From Microcoleus sp. (GTDB taxonomy: Bacteria; Cyanobacteriota; Cyanobacteriia; Cyanobacteriales; Microcoleaceae): a stretch of 64,000 nt of DNA. The stretch spans positions 480,001-544,000 of the forward strand of contig JAYFMW010000005.1 in assembly GCA_042408215.1 (NCBI GenBank), in the 5' to 3' direction. Each line of letters starts with the position of its first letter. Positions within the stretch are counted from its first letter, which is position 1. Of this stretch, positions 20,579-31,640 are shown one piece after another. The position numbers and the translations under genes are program-made. The notes below the pieces were generated by a model. The model made no database searches. It was not told the DNA's origin and saw only the letters and a program-made list of their open reading frames with translations.

Positions 20579-21848
20579 ATGCACGAACTCGATCGCCTCC
20601 TCCAAGAACTTGTATCCCAGGCCCAATTATATCCCAAAAATACCGATCCAAGAAGGCGCAAAATTATACCGCAGTTGTGGGATATTATGTTTCCTGCATC
20701 AAGCTTACGACGTGACAAAAACCTACAGATGATGAGTCCAGACGGCGACTAAGTGGCATCAAAAAGCGGTGTCGCGACAGATATCTGGCAATTTTAGAAG
20801 GTGATTTTGAGGAAGATTGGAAGGAGGCTTTACAAATTACTCAGAAAGAGATATTAAACAACATTAATATTTTCAACAAAGGAGTAGATTCCAAGTTGTA
20901 TCAAGCATGGCTGAAGTTTAGCGAAACATCACCATCACAGCGAACTCCCGAAGTTTATTCTGAATTTAACCAACAAGTAGAAAAATTTCGCCGCAGCTTT
21001 ATACAAAGACGCACAAAAAAAAAACTCAAATCTATCCACTAGAAAAAGCTCAAAGCCTGGCTCAATCCTGTGAAAATTTATGCCAAAACATTCAAAATAG
21101 CGAACTTGATTTACAACAAACCTGGAATAGTTTCTGCGATGAAGTCCAGCAACTTTATCGACCTCTCAAGTTTTGGAACTGGTTTGCTCGTTATTTACAA
21201 TTCCGCTTTATTGATATCATCCGCCAGCGACTCAACGTAGTTTCAGGGGATGCACCGATTGCAGATCCAGATGGTGATAGCGCCAGTGAAACCAGATTCG
21301 ATCGAATTCAAACCAAAGCCGACTCAAGGCTATCTCCAGAGGTGATTAAAATCATCTCTCAAGATCCAGATGGTATTTTCAGGGGCAAGCATATTAGAAA
21401 TTTTCCTGATGTTAACTTTCGTGCGATCGCCATTTTAAAGTATAAACAGACTAGCATAAAAGAAATTCAAGAACATTTTGGGAATATCGTCAACGCTCAG
21501 ACAACCATCAGTCCTTTTTACACCCGTACCTGCTCTTATTTCCAGCCAATTATCGAAGAGTATTTAGAAGCAAGACTAGCCTTGTCACAATCTGCGATCG
21601 AACAAATTGTCACCGACTCTGAAGGGAAGTATAATAGAAGAACAATGCCCGATCGCCCTAACATTACTTTCCAAGGAATAATTCGAGCGCGATTGGAGGG
21701 GGTGCAATCTTGGACAATTTTCGCCAGACAGTTACAAGTCAATGTCACCGAACTAATATATTTTTACCTCGACGGTATCAGTTACTTTCAACTGATACCC
21801 AAACCGCAGAAGCGAACTCGCAGAAATAAAAACAACACCGAAGACTAA
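20579..21848 (+). CDS. ECF/sigma70-like factor of the type found next to DUF1822; two apparent frameshifts in A-runs (about 20718 and 21020)
   Basis: Manual translation MHELDRLLQELVSQAQLYP...FWNWFARYLQFRFIDIIRQR...QDPDGIFRGKHIRNFPDVNFRAIA; TATAAT at 20537. Confidence 0.65.
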
Positions 21849-21865
21849 ATTAGGAGAAAACAGCC

Positions 21866-23083
21866 ATGACATACACCATTCGTCCGATGTTTGCAGTACC
21901 CCTGACATCAAAAGCATTGAAACTAGCAAAATCCTTTCAAGAGCAATATGAAAGTCCAGCAAAAGCCAGACAAGTTTATCTAAATACTTTGGCAGTTTAT
22001 GCAGTGGATACCTACTGTCAGTGTTTGGGAATTGAAACCGATTTAGAAGCTTCCGATAGTCTAAATCCAGTCATGCAAACTTTGATGGATGTAGCCGATC
22101 TCGAAATCACAGGTATTGGGAAACTAGAATGCCGTCCCGTGTTACCAACCGATGAAAACTGTTATATTCCGGCGGACACTTGGGAAAATCGGATCGGCTA
22201 TGTAGCGGTAGAAATAGATGAATCATCGAGAGAAGCAACTCTCTTTGGCTTTTACCCAACCATCAACCCTTTAGAAATGATGGAACACATTTCTTTTGAT
22301 AGTTTTCAGCCACTAGAAGCATTTTTAGATCATCTTAATCGACTAGAAACTGCGCTGGATTTTTTTCAGAGTGATGAACCCGTAGCGGTGAAAGTTAGAG
22401 AGAGATTGAACGAACAATCTCTGCCTGAAATTATAGCTGAAATGGAGCGCATCTATCGCACCTATAACAAATACGAGCGACGCTATGCGGCCGGGGAGTT
22501 TTTAGCGAGTTACGCACCAGCAAAACCTGGTTTTGCCTTCAGGGACGGCGCACCAGTTGCGGATAGAGAAGAATTTGATGATTCACAACAAACGGAACTC
22601 CAAGATTTAGCTGAAGAATTGCTAGAAAAATTAGATGAAATCTGGGGTGGAGAACCTGTAAATCAGCCAGTAGAGGTTTTGAGGCAATGGCTTGAGGGGA
22701 TATTCAGGGAAGATTGGCAGCCCAAGGAAGCCGTCTTAACTGCTTATCGTAGAAGCGGAGAACAATCACAAGAGGTGAGTCGTGTTAAGCTGATTGAGTT
22801 AGGCAGTCATGTAGTAGCGTTGTTAGTTTCGGTTGGCTTAGACTCTGAAAATGAATTCAGTATTCATTTACGTTTGTATCCAGCGGGTCGTGCAATTCAT
22901 CTGCCAGAAGGTCTACAATTAACTGCTGTAGATGATGAATCAGGAGAGATTATTTTACAAGCGCAAGCCGAGGAAACAAATGACTGGATACAAGTCATTC
23001 TTGAGGGAGGAACTCCGGGCGATCGCTTCAGTGTCAAAGTAGCGATCGACGATATCAGCATTACGGAATCTTTTGCAATTTAA
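21866..23083 (+). CDS. DUF1822-family protein
   Basis: ARQVYLNTLAVYAV, DVADLEITGIGKLECRPV, RIGYVAVEI, C-terminal HLPEGLQL...GDRFSVKV; GGAG RBS. Confidence 0.85.
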   Translation: MTYTIRPMFAVPLTSKALKLAKSFQEQYESPAKARQVYLNTLAVYAVDTYCQCLGIETDLEASDSLNPVMQTLMDVADLEITGIGKLECRPVLPTDENCYIPADTWENRIGYVAVEIDESSREATLFGFYPTINPLEMMEHISFDSFQPLEAFLDHLNRLETALDFFQSDEPVAVKVRERLNEQSLPEIIAEMERIYRTYNKYERRYAAGEFLASYAPAKPGFAFRDGAPVADREEFDDSQQTELQDLAEELLEKLDEIWGGEPVNQPVEVLRQWLEGIFREDWQPKEAVLTAYRRSGEQSQEVSRVKLIELGSHVVALLVSVGLDSENEFSIHLRLYPAGRAIHLPEGLQLTAVDDESGEIILQAQAEETNDWIQVILEGGTPGDRFSVKVAIDDISITESFAI

Positions 23084-23106
23084 CTACAATTTATAGGTTA
23101 ATACGA

Positions 23107-26100
23107 ATGAGTAAGCTAGTTGTATTTGAGTTTTTAGAAGGTGACTTTGAACAAGGGTTTAGGGTCAATGTTTCTTTAGGGCAAGATGGTCTGAATCCTG
23201 CTGTTAAATTCAGAGCAAAACTGAGTCCAGCGACAGAAATACTCAAACAATATAAAGATTGGAAGGAAGCTTTTGAGACAAAAAATACTGGTGGGGACAA
23301 ACCTCAAGCAGAGCCGAATGGTAATTTTAGAGGCTTGAGAGCAGGAAAACAATCAAAAACTAATTCTCGTCAGTCTGCCGATATCCTCGCAAAAAACCTC
23401 AATAATTGGCTGAGCGTAACAGATAAAGAAGTTCAAAAAATCAGCAGAGAGTTAGGCAGATATCTAAATAAAAGCGACGAAATTCGAGTAATTATTCAAA
23501 CTGAAAACTTGGAATTGCAGCGCTTGCCTTGGCATTTGTGGGAAGTTTTTTCTAAAAATTTTCCTCGGACAGAAATTGCGGTTAGCTTGCCAGAGTTCCA
23601 AGAACCAGAAACTCATCCGCCTGCTAGCAAGGATCGAGTCAAAGTTTTAACTGTTATTGGAAATAGTCAGGATTTGGATACAGCCGCAGATCTGCGGGAA
23701 ATAAATGCACTGCCGGGGGCTGATGTAACCACTATTGAACAGCCTACAAAGGAAAAATTAATTGAAAAGCTTGAGGAAGACAACTGGGACGTTCTCTTTT
23801 TTACAGGACATAGTAACACCAAAAAAGAAACTGGTTACTTGGATATTAATTCAACTGATAATAACATAACCATTGCTGACTTAAACGATGCTTTCACAAG
23901 TGCGATTAGTCGGGGTTTGAAGTTAGCAGTTTTTAACTCTTGCGATGGATTGGGATTAGCACGGCAACTGACAAACTTACACATTCCTCAAATCATTGTG
24001 ATGCGAGAATCTGTAGAAGATAAGGTTGCACAAGACTTTTTGAAGCATTTTCTCAAAGCTTATTCTCGCGGGAGGTCTTTGTATGCTTCCGTCCGACAAG
24101 CCCGACAAAAGCTCGAAGAAAACTGGAACGAAAAATTTCCGGGTGCTAGTTGGTTGCCGGTAATTTGTCAAAATCCTGCTGAACTTCCTATGACGTGGTT
24201 TGAAATGCGTCAAGGATTTCGTTCTACAAGTCGCCGATCGCAGTTGCGCGATGATAACGAAGTGACTCTTTTAAATAAAGTTAAAGAATTCTGGATAGAA
24301 GGCTTACTTGAAAAGTCTCTACACGGCAGACTCCGCATAGAACTGGATTTAGAGGAGAGATTGGACGCGATCGCACATCCTTGGGGTATGGTATGGGAAA
24401 CACCCGAACAACTGAGAAGAAAATTAGACCCAGGAACTAGAATTATCGATGTCTTTGAGCGCATGGGAATGGGGGGAGCACTTTTAATTTTAGGGGAACC
24501 CGGAGCGGGAAAAACTACTAGCTTATTAGAATTTGCTGAGGATCGAATTGCTCATGCTGAACAAGATATAACTCTGCCAATTCCAGTAGTATTTAACTTA
24601 TCTACTTGGAGAGGTGGGAGGCAAACCCTGTTTGATTGGTTAGTGGAAGAACTTTGGGGAAAATATAGGGTTTCTAAAGCTTTGAGCAAGGATTGGATTA
24701 GTCGTGAAAAATTGTTACCTCTTTTAGATGGTTTAGATGAAGTTCGCGAAGACCGACGGGAGTCCTGCATTCAAGCGATTCATCAGTTTATTCAAATCTA
24801 TGGAAAAACAGAAGTTGTTGTGTGCAGTCGTATTGCAGACTACCAGAGGCTAAAAACGCGATTTAAATTTCAAGGAGCCATTTTTATAGATGCCGTGAAG
24901 GAGCGACAAATAGAAGACTATCTTTGACAAGGCTGGCTCAGGTTTGACAGCATTAAGAACTGCATTAAAAACCGATCAAATACTGAAAGAATTAGCGAAG
25001 TCACCGCTAACTCTCAATGTGATGACATGGGCGTACTGGAATGATAGAGAGTTGCCCAGCATAAACTCATTTGAAGAAAGAAGAAAACATCTTTTTGACA
25101 GATATATTCAACGAATGTTTGACCGTCGTAAGAAAGAAGATGCAAAAGATCCCAATCAGGGAGGTACAGAGCAACCTTACTTACAAGCTCAGACTGAGGG
25201 CTGGCTGATTTTTCTTGCAGATCAGATGCAGCAAAAATCTAAAACTATTTTTTTAATTGAAGAAATTCAAATTAATTGGTTGAAATCGGATTTACAAAGA
25301 AATATATATTCTATTCTCTACGCTTTCGTAAATGGTTTGCTACTATTTTCCTTAATTAACTTTACATTTATAATAGGATCTTTGTTTTTTCAAAGAAGTT
25401 TAGAGTATGAGTCTATTAAACTTTCTCTTTGGGGAGGACTTATTTCTGGACTAATTTATACTGTAACAACTCTTATCACAAACTACGAATCTGTATTCAG
25501 CAATGAAAAAACACAAATTCAAACCATTGAAACTTTAAAATGGTCGTGGAAAAGATTTTGGAGAATCTTGCCTTCCAGCATTCTCTTATTGTTTATATTT
25601 CTTCAAATCGCTAAATATTGTTTCGATAGAGAATGGATTACCTTTGAATTTTGGAAAATAATGGAAACTAACTTAATTATAGGTTTTGTACCAGTTATTT
25701 TAACGAAGGTCATGGAAGGGCCGAATTTAAATATAGATAAAAAAACATTTCCTAACCAAGGGATTCGACTGACAGCAATTAATTCAGCTTTACTTTCTGT
25801 GCCTTATGTCTTTATTGGCACTTTAGTTTTTTGGGGAATATTTATGTGGCAAAAATTCGACCTAATAACTAGCTTATCCGTTGCACCGATAGGTGGAATT
25901 TTCTATGGATTAATTATGTGGTTCTCCTCTGCAAAAGCAATTTTTCAGCACTTTTTTGTACGACTTTTACTCCGCTGTTATGGATATATACCTTGGAATT
26001 ATGCTCATTTCCTTGACCACGCCACTGAGCGCATTTTTTTACAAAAGGTTGGCGGGGGCTACCTCTTCATTCATCGACTACTGCGAGATCATTTTGCCAA

Positions 26101-26116
26101 TCGTCAGCAAAATTAA
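23107..26116 (+). CDS. CHAT-NACHT protein with C-terminal multi-pass membrane region; apparent +1 frameshift at about 24925
   Basis: LQRLPWHLW, FFTGHS (His), FNSCDG (Cys); Walker A GEPGAGKTT, Walker B LLDGLDEV; FLQKVGGGYLFIHRLL tail. Confidence 0.87.
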
Positions 26117-26279
26117 GTAAAAAAAATGAATAATTGAGTATCTACAAGAAACTTCATTAGCCTCATCCGCCAAAACCCCGCCGAAGTGCCCCCGAAATGG
26201 CGATCGCTCCACCATACCTAAACCCCCAAAAACAATTGGCCTCAAGAATGGTAGATATTCCTGAATGGGCGGCTGATTA

Positions 26280-26415
26280 TATAGCAATCCTAAATCATTC
26301 ATGAGGATTTGTAGGGGTAGTGCTACCCCTACTCCCCGTGCCTACCCCTATCTATCGGGCAACCACGGGGGGATTGCCCCTACAATAATTATGCAAATCA
26401 TTTAGGATTGCTATA
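26280..26415. mobile_element. MITE with TATAGCAATCCTAAAT terminal IRs and an internal GTAGGGG...CCCCTAC REP
   Basis: tatagcaatcctaaatca...tcatttaggattgctata. Confidence 0.8.
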
Positions 26416-26435
26416 TTGTGTTTCTGCAAACGATG

Positions 26436-27182
26436 TCACTGAGTCAAAGCTTTCAGAAATGTCTGCAATTCTGCCATAAAACCTTTCTTTTTTAGCGGTT
26501 TTGCAGGTGCGGTGGAATCTGGATCGGCGGTTCCCAAGGCTTTAGCTAAAATCCGCTCTAAATCGTCTCCTACGGGTTTTTGGGCGGTTTCGGAAATGAG
26601 TTCATATTCGTCGTTTGTTTCTAGCCAAACTTGCCAGGGTTGAGGGTAGCAGCGGAATAGGGCTGCACTTTCTAGGGGTCTGATGTAGTAGCAGGATTCG
26701 ATTTTGTTCAGGAATCGATCGCGCAATTGGCGCCCTGCATACCCTATACCTATGGTGGCAACGTCTTCGAGGCGCGGGTTGAGTATAATTACTGGGCGAT
26801 CGCCCGCAGCGATGTACAGTCTTTCGACTTGAGCAACTTCTACCGCTGCGGGATTGATCAACAGAAAAAGTTGGTCATCCGGTTCTATTTTATCTTCAAC
26901 GGGGGTGCGGCTGCTGCCCAAATCTGTCACTTTAAACAGTGTTTTTCCCCAGTCGCGGCGTGCGAGGGCGGCTGCACCGGTATCGGGAAATAAGACTTTG
27001 ACGCCGGAGTAGATTTGTTCAAATTCTGGGACGAATTGTTCGGCGATCGACTGTGCTTGGAGGGCGATTTCTGGGAATACTAATTCTACTTGCAGTAGAG
27101 TTTTGCCGTCTGAGAGGGCGGCGGCGGTTGCAATGCGGGATTGGGCGATCGCCTCGTTGAGATCCTTTGGCAGTTCAGTCAT
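26436..27182 (-). CDS. DUF1995-family protein
   Basis: FPDTGAAALARRDWG, ILNPRLED, IGIGYAGRQLRDRF. Confidence 0.85.
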   Translation of the reverse strand: MTELPKDLNEAIAQSRIATAAALSDGKTLLQVELVFPEIALQAQSIAEQFVPEFEQIYSGVKVLFPDTGAAALARRDWGKTLFKVTDLGSSRTPVEDKIEPDDQLFLLINPAAVEVAQVERLYIAAGDRPVIILNPRLEDVATIGIGYAGRQLRDRFLNKIESCYYIRPLESAALFRCYPQPWQVWLETNDEYELISETAQKPVGDDLERILAKALGTADPDSTAPAKPLKKKGFMAELQTFLKALTQ

Positions 27183-27228
27183 TAATCTGATTTTTTTACT
27201 GAAATTCTATCAATCTAATTTTACAGCA

Positions 27229-27960
27229 TCAAGGGACAAAAGCTAACACCGATACCGGGGAGCCGGAACCTCCTAAAAGTCGCAAAATTCCTATAACTAA
27301 AGTGATGTCGGCTGCTGGTAACTGGTCGAGATTAGCCAGATTTTCCAGGACGATTCCCTGATGTTCTAACACCAGTTTGTTGACAGCGAAACTTTCATCT
27401 TGTCCCGGATCGACTCCGTGAGTATCGGTGCCAACTCCTGCTATTAACCGTTTTTTTTGCAAAAATTGAGTTACTGCTTCGCCAAATCCGGGAAAGTGGC
27501 AAATCCCGTCATTGTCTCGATTCAAAAAACTTTTTTCATTCTCCCATTTCTCCTGCCATCCGGTATATAATATAATTAGATTTCCTGGTTCTATAAATCG
27601 GTGTTGCTGTTCCCAATTTAATACATCGTCTATTGTTAAAGTGTAGTCTGGGTTGGCAAGACTTTGGTCGCGAATGTCGATCGCAATTGCCGGCACAACT
27701 AGGGACTGCGGGGGATAATTATCAATACTCGCGCCTCCTGAATCAAAGCTGTTGGGTGCATTCATGTGAGTGCCGCTGTGTTCGCCCATCGAGAATTTTC
27801 GCAAAAAATACCCGTCTGTTTCTATTTGGGCTACTGTTTCAATTTCTGGGGCTGGATCTCCTGGCCAAATGGGAATATTTGGGTGAATTTTATGGGTTAA
27901 GTCTACTATTTTGCTGTAGGCGATGGTTTTGAGATTGTTTGAGTTTAATTGGTTTGTCAT
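27229..27960 (-). CDS. Cyclase family (kynurenine formamidase-like) metal hydrolase
   Basis: WPGDP, GEHSGTHMNAP, HFPG, GTDT, LENL. Confidence 0.9.
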   Translation of the reverse strand: MTNQLNSNNLKTIAYSKIVDLTHKIHPNIPIWPGDPAPEIETVAQIETDGYFLRKFSMGEHSGTHMNAPNSFDSGGASIDNYPPQSLVVPAIAIDIRDQSLANPDYTLTIDDVLNWEQQHRFIEPGNLIILYTGWQEKWENEKSFLNRDNDGICHFPGFGEAVTQFLQKKRLIAGVGTDTHGVDPGQDESFAVNKLVLEHQGIVLENLANLDQLPAADITLVIGILRLLGGSGSPVSVLAFVP

Positions 27961-28143
27961 ATCGTTTTCGATTGTTTTTGAAGTATTTAACCGCAGAGGG
28001 CGCAGAGGGCGCAGAGTCGGAGAAGAGAGGGATGGTTGATTCGGATATGAATGGATTTGAGATCGTTGGGTAAACTAGATTTATTATTTATTAAGCATGG
28101 TTGATTTTTTGACCGTCTGCGCTCTCAATCTAAAATCTACAAT

Positions 28144-29208
28144 CTAAAATTCGATTAGTCGATCGAGGGTTGCTTCCATTACATCTTTTGTTTGCCCGGA
28201 AACAGTATACACTAAAGCTTCTCGATAAATTCTCCCGGCTGGGTGCTTTTTACTATTAGCCGCACCGCTGGAAACTGCTACCGCTGCGTGCCCGCAGCGC
28301 ACGGCTAAGTCTATTGCTTGGGCTCGCAGGGCTAGTTTTTCGGCTGTGGAGCTATACTGAGATTGTTGGAAATTCTGTTTTAGTCGATCGAGCTTTTGCT
28401 CTAATTTTTGGTAAGCACTAACTATAAAAGGTAGATGCTTAGTCTGGGCTGCTGCTGCAATTACATCCAATCCGGCTCGAATACAACCAAAAGTAACTGG
28501 CACAAAATTCAGTACATTTTTGCGATCGTTTTCCACAATCCAGTCTTTCGGTTTAACTGAAATTACTTGCGATTCATCCAATAACCAATTAGTCAGAGTT
28601 GCTGTTACAGTATTAGTGGAACTCATGGCGATTAAATGCATGATTTCTCCGCAGGCAATTTGACCAGATTCAGATTCAATATTGGCAAATGGTAGTAATC
28701 CGAAAACAGCGCGATCGTCAGGAAGTACCGCAGCTACAATAAACTTTTGAAATAATCCAAAACCTGTTACCCAAGGAACTTTACCTGATAGTAAATACCC
28801 ATCTTTTGCGGGTGTTGCGGTGACAGCAGGATTTCCCGATCGCCTCAACTGCGAAAACCCAATACCCAATCGCAACTCTCCAAGGGCGATCGCCCTCAAG
28901 CATCTACTTTTTAGCATTTCATTGTCGCTGTTAGCAAGCATTGCAGTTGCGCTGTGGTGTTGAGTTTGCATAAAACCTAAAGCGCCGGAATATCGCGCTG
29001 TCAATTCCTGATATTCATAAAAAGTTTCTGCATCGATATCTACGCCGCCCCATTTTTGGGGGACTCGCAACGCTAAGAGCGATCGATCTTCTAATCCTGC
29101 AAGTGCTGTTTTCAGCGCTTCCGAGTCGCTGTCAATAAGTTCAGCATCGGCTGCAACGCAGTTTTGCAGATAAGTTTCTGTGCTGTTGAGAATATCTGGA
29201 AAATCCAT
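28144..29208 (-). CDS. Acyl-CoA dehydrogenase family protein
   Basis: VPQKWGG, LSGKVPWVTG, AVAVSSGAA, RIYREAL. Confidence 0.8.
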   Translation of the reverse strand: MDFPDILNSTETYLQNCVAADAELIDSDSEALKTALAGLEDRSLLALRVPQKWGGVDIDAETFYEYQELTARYSGALGFMQTQHHSATAMLANSDNEMLKSRCLRAIALGELRLGIGFSQLRRSGNPAVTATPAKDGYLLSGKVPWVTGFGLFQKFIVAAVLPDDRAVFGLLPFANIESESGQIACGEIMHLIAMSSTNTVTATLTNWLLDESQVISVKPKDWIVENDRKNVLNFVPVTFGCIRAGLDVIAAAAQTKHLPFIVSAYQKLEQKLDRLKQNFQQSQYSSTAEKLALRAQAIDLAVRCGHAAVAVSSGAANSKKHPAGRIYREALVYTVSGQTKDVMEATLDRLIEF

Positions 29209-29350
29209 TTTTTTGCGAAGGAAGAACGAAGTTTGGCAACGGATTATGTAACGTATTTAATGGATGTAAAGGATGTCAGGAACAGGGAATAAGGAAGAGA
29301 GAAGACGGAAAAGGGAAGAGGGGAAAATCAAGAATAAAGAATAAAGAAAC

Positions 29351-29400
29351 TATTCCCTATTCCCTATTCCCTATTCCCTATTCCCTATTCCCTATTCCCA
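29351..29400. repeat. STRR array (TATTCCC)n
   Basis: About 7 tandem units after the rfbF stop. Confidence 0.9.
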
Positions 29401-29401
29401 A

Positions 29402-30178
29402 CTATTCCCACACTTTCCAAGGAGCTTCTCCTCGATCCCAAAGTTCGTTTAAATACTTATATTCTCGATAAGTATCCATTGCATAGAAAAAGCCTTCGTG
29501 GCGATAAGCCATCAACTCTCCGTCTGCTGCCAAACGCTGCATCGGCTCCTGTTCTAAGATACAGTTATCTCCCCCCAAATAGTCAAATACCCGGCGGTTG
29601 AAGATCATATATCCAACACTAATCCAGCCATCTATTTGAGGTTTTTCACTAAATTCGAGTACGCGCCCTTGACGATCTACATCTAAGATTCCAAAGCGAG
29701 AAATAGGGCGAAACGTCGTAACAGTTGCCAGCTTACCATGAGCTTTGTGAAAAGCGATTAATTTTTCAATATTTACATCAGCAACTCCATCCCCGTATGT
29801 CACCATGAAATTATCGCGATCGATATATTTTTCGATCCGTTTTACCCGCCCTCCCGTCATGCTTTCCGCGCCTGTTTCAGCCAGGGTAACATTAAAATCT
29901 TGTTCTCGATGTTCCTCCTGATAGGTGATGCTATTTTTGCGACCTAAGCAGATAGTAAAGTCATTGTTCATGGCTTCATAATTGAGGAAATATTCTTTAA
30001 TCATGTTGCCGCGATAGCCCAAGCACACAATAAAGTTTTGGAAACCGTAGTGTGCATAGATCTTCATGATGTGCCAAATAATCGGATGCCCCCCCACATC
30101 AACTAAGGGTTTGGGGCGAAATTCTGTTTCTTCTCTGAGACGAGTACCGAGACCGCCGGCTAGGATAACTACTTGCAT
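29402..30178 (-). CDS. rfbF: Glucose-1-phosphate cytidylyltransferase
   Basis: ILAGGLGTRLREETEFRPKP, TGGRVKR, TYGDGVAD, MDTYRE, APWKVW. Confidence 0.95.
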   Translation of the reverse strand: MQVVILAGGLGTRLREETEFRPKPLVDVGGHPIIWHIMKIYAHYGFQNFIVCLGYRGNMIKEYFLNYEAMNNDFTICLGRKNSITYQEEHREQDFNVTLAETGAESMTGGRVKRIEKYIDRDNFMVTYGDGVADVNIEKLIAFHKAHGKLATVTTFRPISRFGILDVDRQGRVLEFSEKPQIDGWISVGYMIFNRRVFDYLGGDNCILEQEPMQRLAADGELMAYRHEGFFYAMDTYREYKYLNELWDRGEAPWKVWE

Positions 30179-30306
30179 TTTTTCAAATTTTTAAAGATAA
30201 TCAACTAACTTAGCATTAATCCTTCGTCATTTGTTCAAAGAATTATTAACATCTTCTCATAGTTAGTTAAGCTTTGTAAATCGATTAAATATGATAATAT
30301 TTTAAA

Positions 30307-30665
30307 TATAGCAATTTTCAATGGGATGAAATACAGCAGACGGCTGTAGGGACACTCAAGCGTGCCCATTGGTGTCAACTTAACGTTAAACTCAGTCAGA
30401 GACTGCTGTTTGACTATTAAACTTAGATCCCCCCGCATTCTTGCCCCCTACTCAACCCCTACTCCCCTTAGGAAGGGGAGTAGGGGAGTAGGGGGTGTGG
30501 GACAGGAATCTTCTCAAAGTCACCCTTCTTAAGGGGGATTTAGGGGGATCTAGACTGGGGTGAAAGCGAGATTTCTCATGGCTTTCAGGCTTAAGTTGAC
30601 ACTAATGGGCACGCTTGAGTGTCCCTACCGGACCTCTGTATTTCACTCAACTGAGAAATGCTATA
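30307..30665. mobile_element. Nested composite of MITE/REP shells forming ~78-bp inverted arms
   Basis: TATAGCA..TGCTATA outer shell; gtagggacactcaagcgtgccc/gggcacgcttgagtgtccctac; attggtgtcaacttaa/ttaagttgacactaat; gatccccc...gggggatc core. Confidence 0.8.
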
Positions 30666-30705
30666 TACACAGCTATACTGAATATAATAAAGAGCTCCAA
30701 CTGTC

Positions 30706-31236
30706 ATGAAAACTCAACTCGAACGCTGGACAAAATTTTTAGGTATCCTGTGCACCATTGCCTCAATAATTATCTTATTTCAATCGGCAATAACTCCTGT
30801 TTCGGCACAGCATATCTCAAGTATACCTGAACAAACCAACGTAGCTTTTGCACCGGGCATACCGGGCGGCGGATTAGACTTTCACGAAGCAGCAGGAGGA
30901 CACACTTTAGAGAAACACATTGGCAAAACAGAAGCAGAATTAGCACAGCGACTCGCCAGCGATCGGAGAATTTCTGCCGCATCTTCCTTTACCTATCGTT
31001 CCGTCGCCGAATCCGCGATTGCGGAAGCAATGGAAGAAAAGAAAAGTGCGATCGACTCCTGGGTAAAAAAGGGAACCAATCGTTATACGATCAAATACGA
31101 CACCCACAAAATAATTGGCATTACTCTCGCCCGTCGCGCTTCCAAAGCAACTTCCACATCTCGCCTGAAAATCATCCTTCAGCGCAGCACCAAATTATCT
31201 CCCGGATACTTTATTTTGACAGCTTATCCCGAATGA
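30706..31236 (+). CDS. Signal-peptide-bearing CdiA-CT-like RNase A-fold toxin
   Basis: Sec-type leader (..ILFQSAITPVSA/Q), HEAAGGHTLEKHIGK, AASSF, C-terminal ILTAYP. Confidence 0.75.
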   Translation: MKTQLERWTKFLGILCTIASIIILFQSAITPVSAQHISSIPEQTNVAFAPGIPGGGLDFHEAAGGHTLEKHIGKTEAELAQRLASDRRISAASSFTYRSVAESAIAEAMEEKKSAIDSWVKKGTNRYTIKYDTHKIIGITLARRASKATSTSRLKIILQRSTKLSPGYFILTAYPE

Positions 31237-31532
31237 ACAATCAATTTCCTAATTTAACCCAATTTTTCAGTTCCTACTTTCATCAAGACTGGCCCCTAGA
31301 AGCCAGCAGCGCTAATGAAGTAGTCGAAAATTACCGCCATAGCGAATCGCCAGAAAGTGTTGAATCTGCATTAGCGGAACTCAATAAACTGCTAGAAATG
31401 TCGATCGCCCCAGCCGATTTAGAAACATTTATTCTGGAGGAATTGGGGTGTTACTACAACCCCGAAGCCGACAATCAAACTGTCACAGAGTGGTTGGAAT
31501 GGGTGCAAAAGTCTTTGAATAATCCCAGCTAA
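31233..31532 (+). CDS. CdiI-like immunity protein
   Basis: FPNLTQFFSSYFHQDW, acidic, ATGA overlap with the toxin stop. Confidence 0.8.
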   Translation: MNNQFPNLTQFFSSYFHQDWPLEASSANEVVENYRHSESPESVESALAELNKLLEMSIAPADLETFILEELGCYYNPEADNQTVTEWLEWVQKSLNNPS

Positions 31533-31544
31533 ACTCTATGTATT

Positions 31545-31640
31545 TGTAAGGACGCGGCTATATATTTGTAAGGACACGGCAGTGCCGTGTCCCTACAATT
31601 TGTCTATATATTTGTAGGGACACGGCACTGCCGTGTCCCT
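31545..31640. repeat. REP cluster GTAGGGACACGGCANTGCCGTGTCCCTAC; same family at 60170-60236
   Basis: Two to three palindromic copies. Confidence 0.85.
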
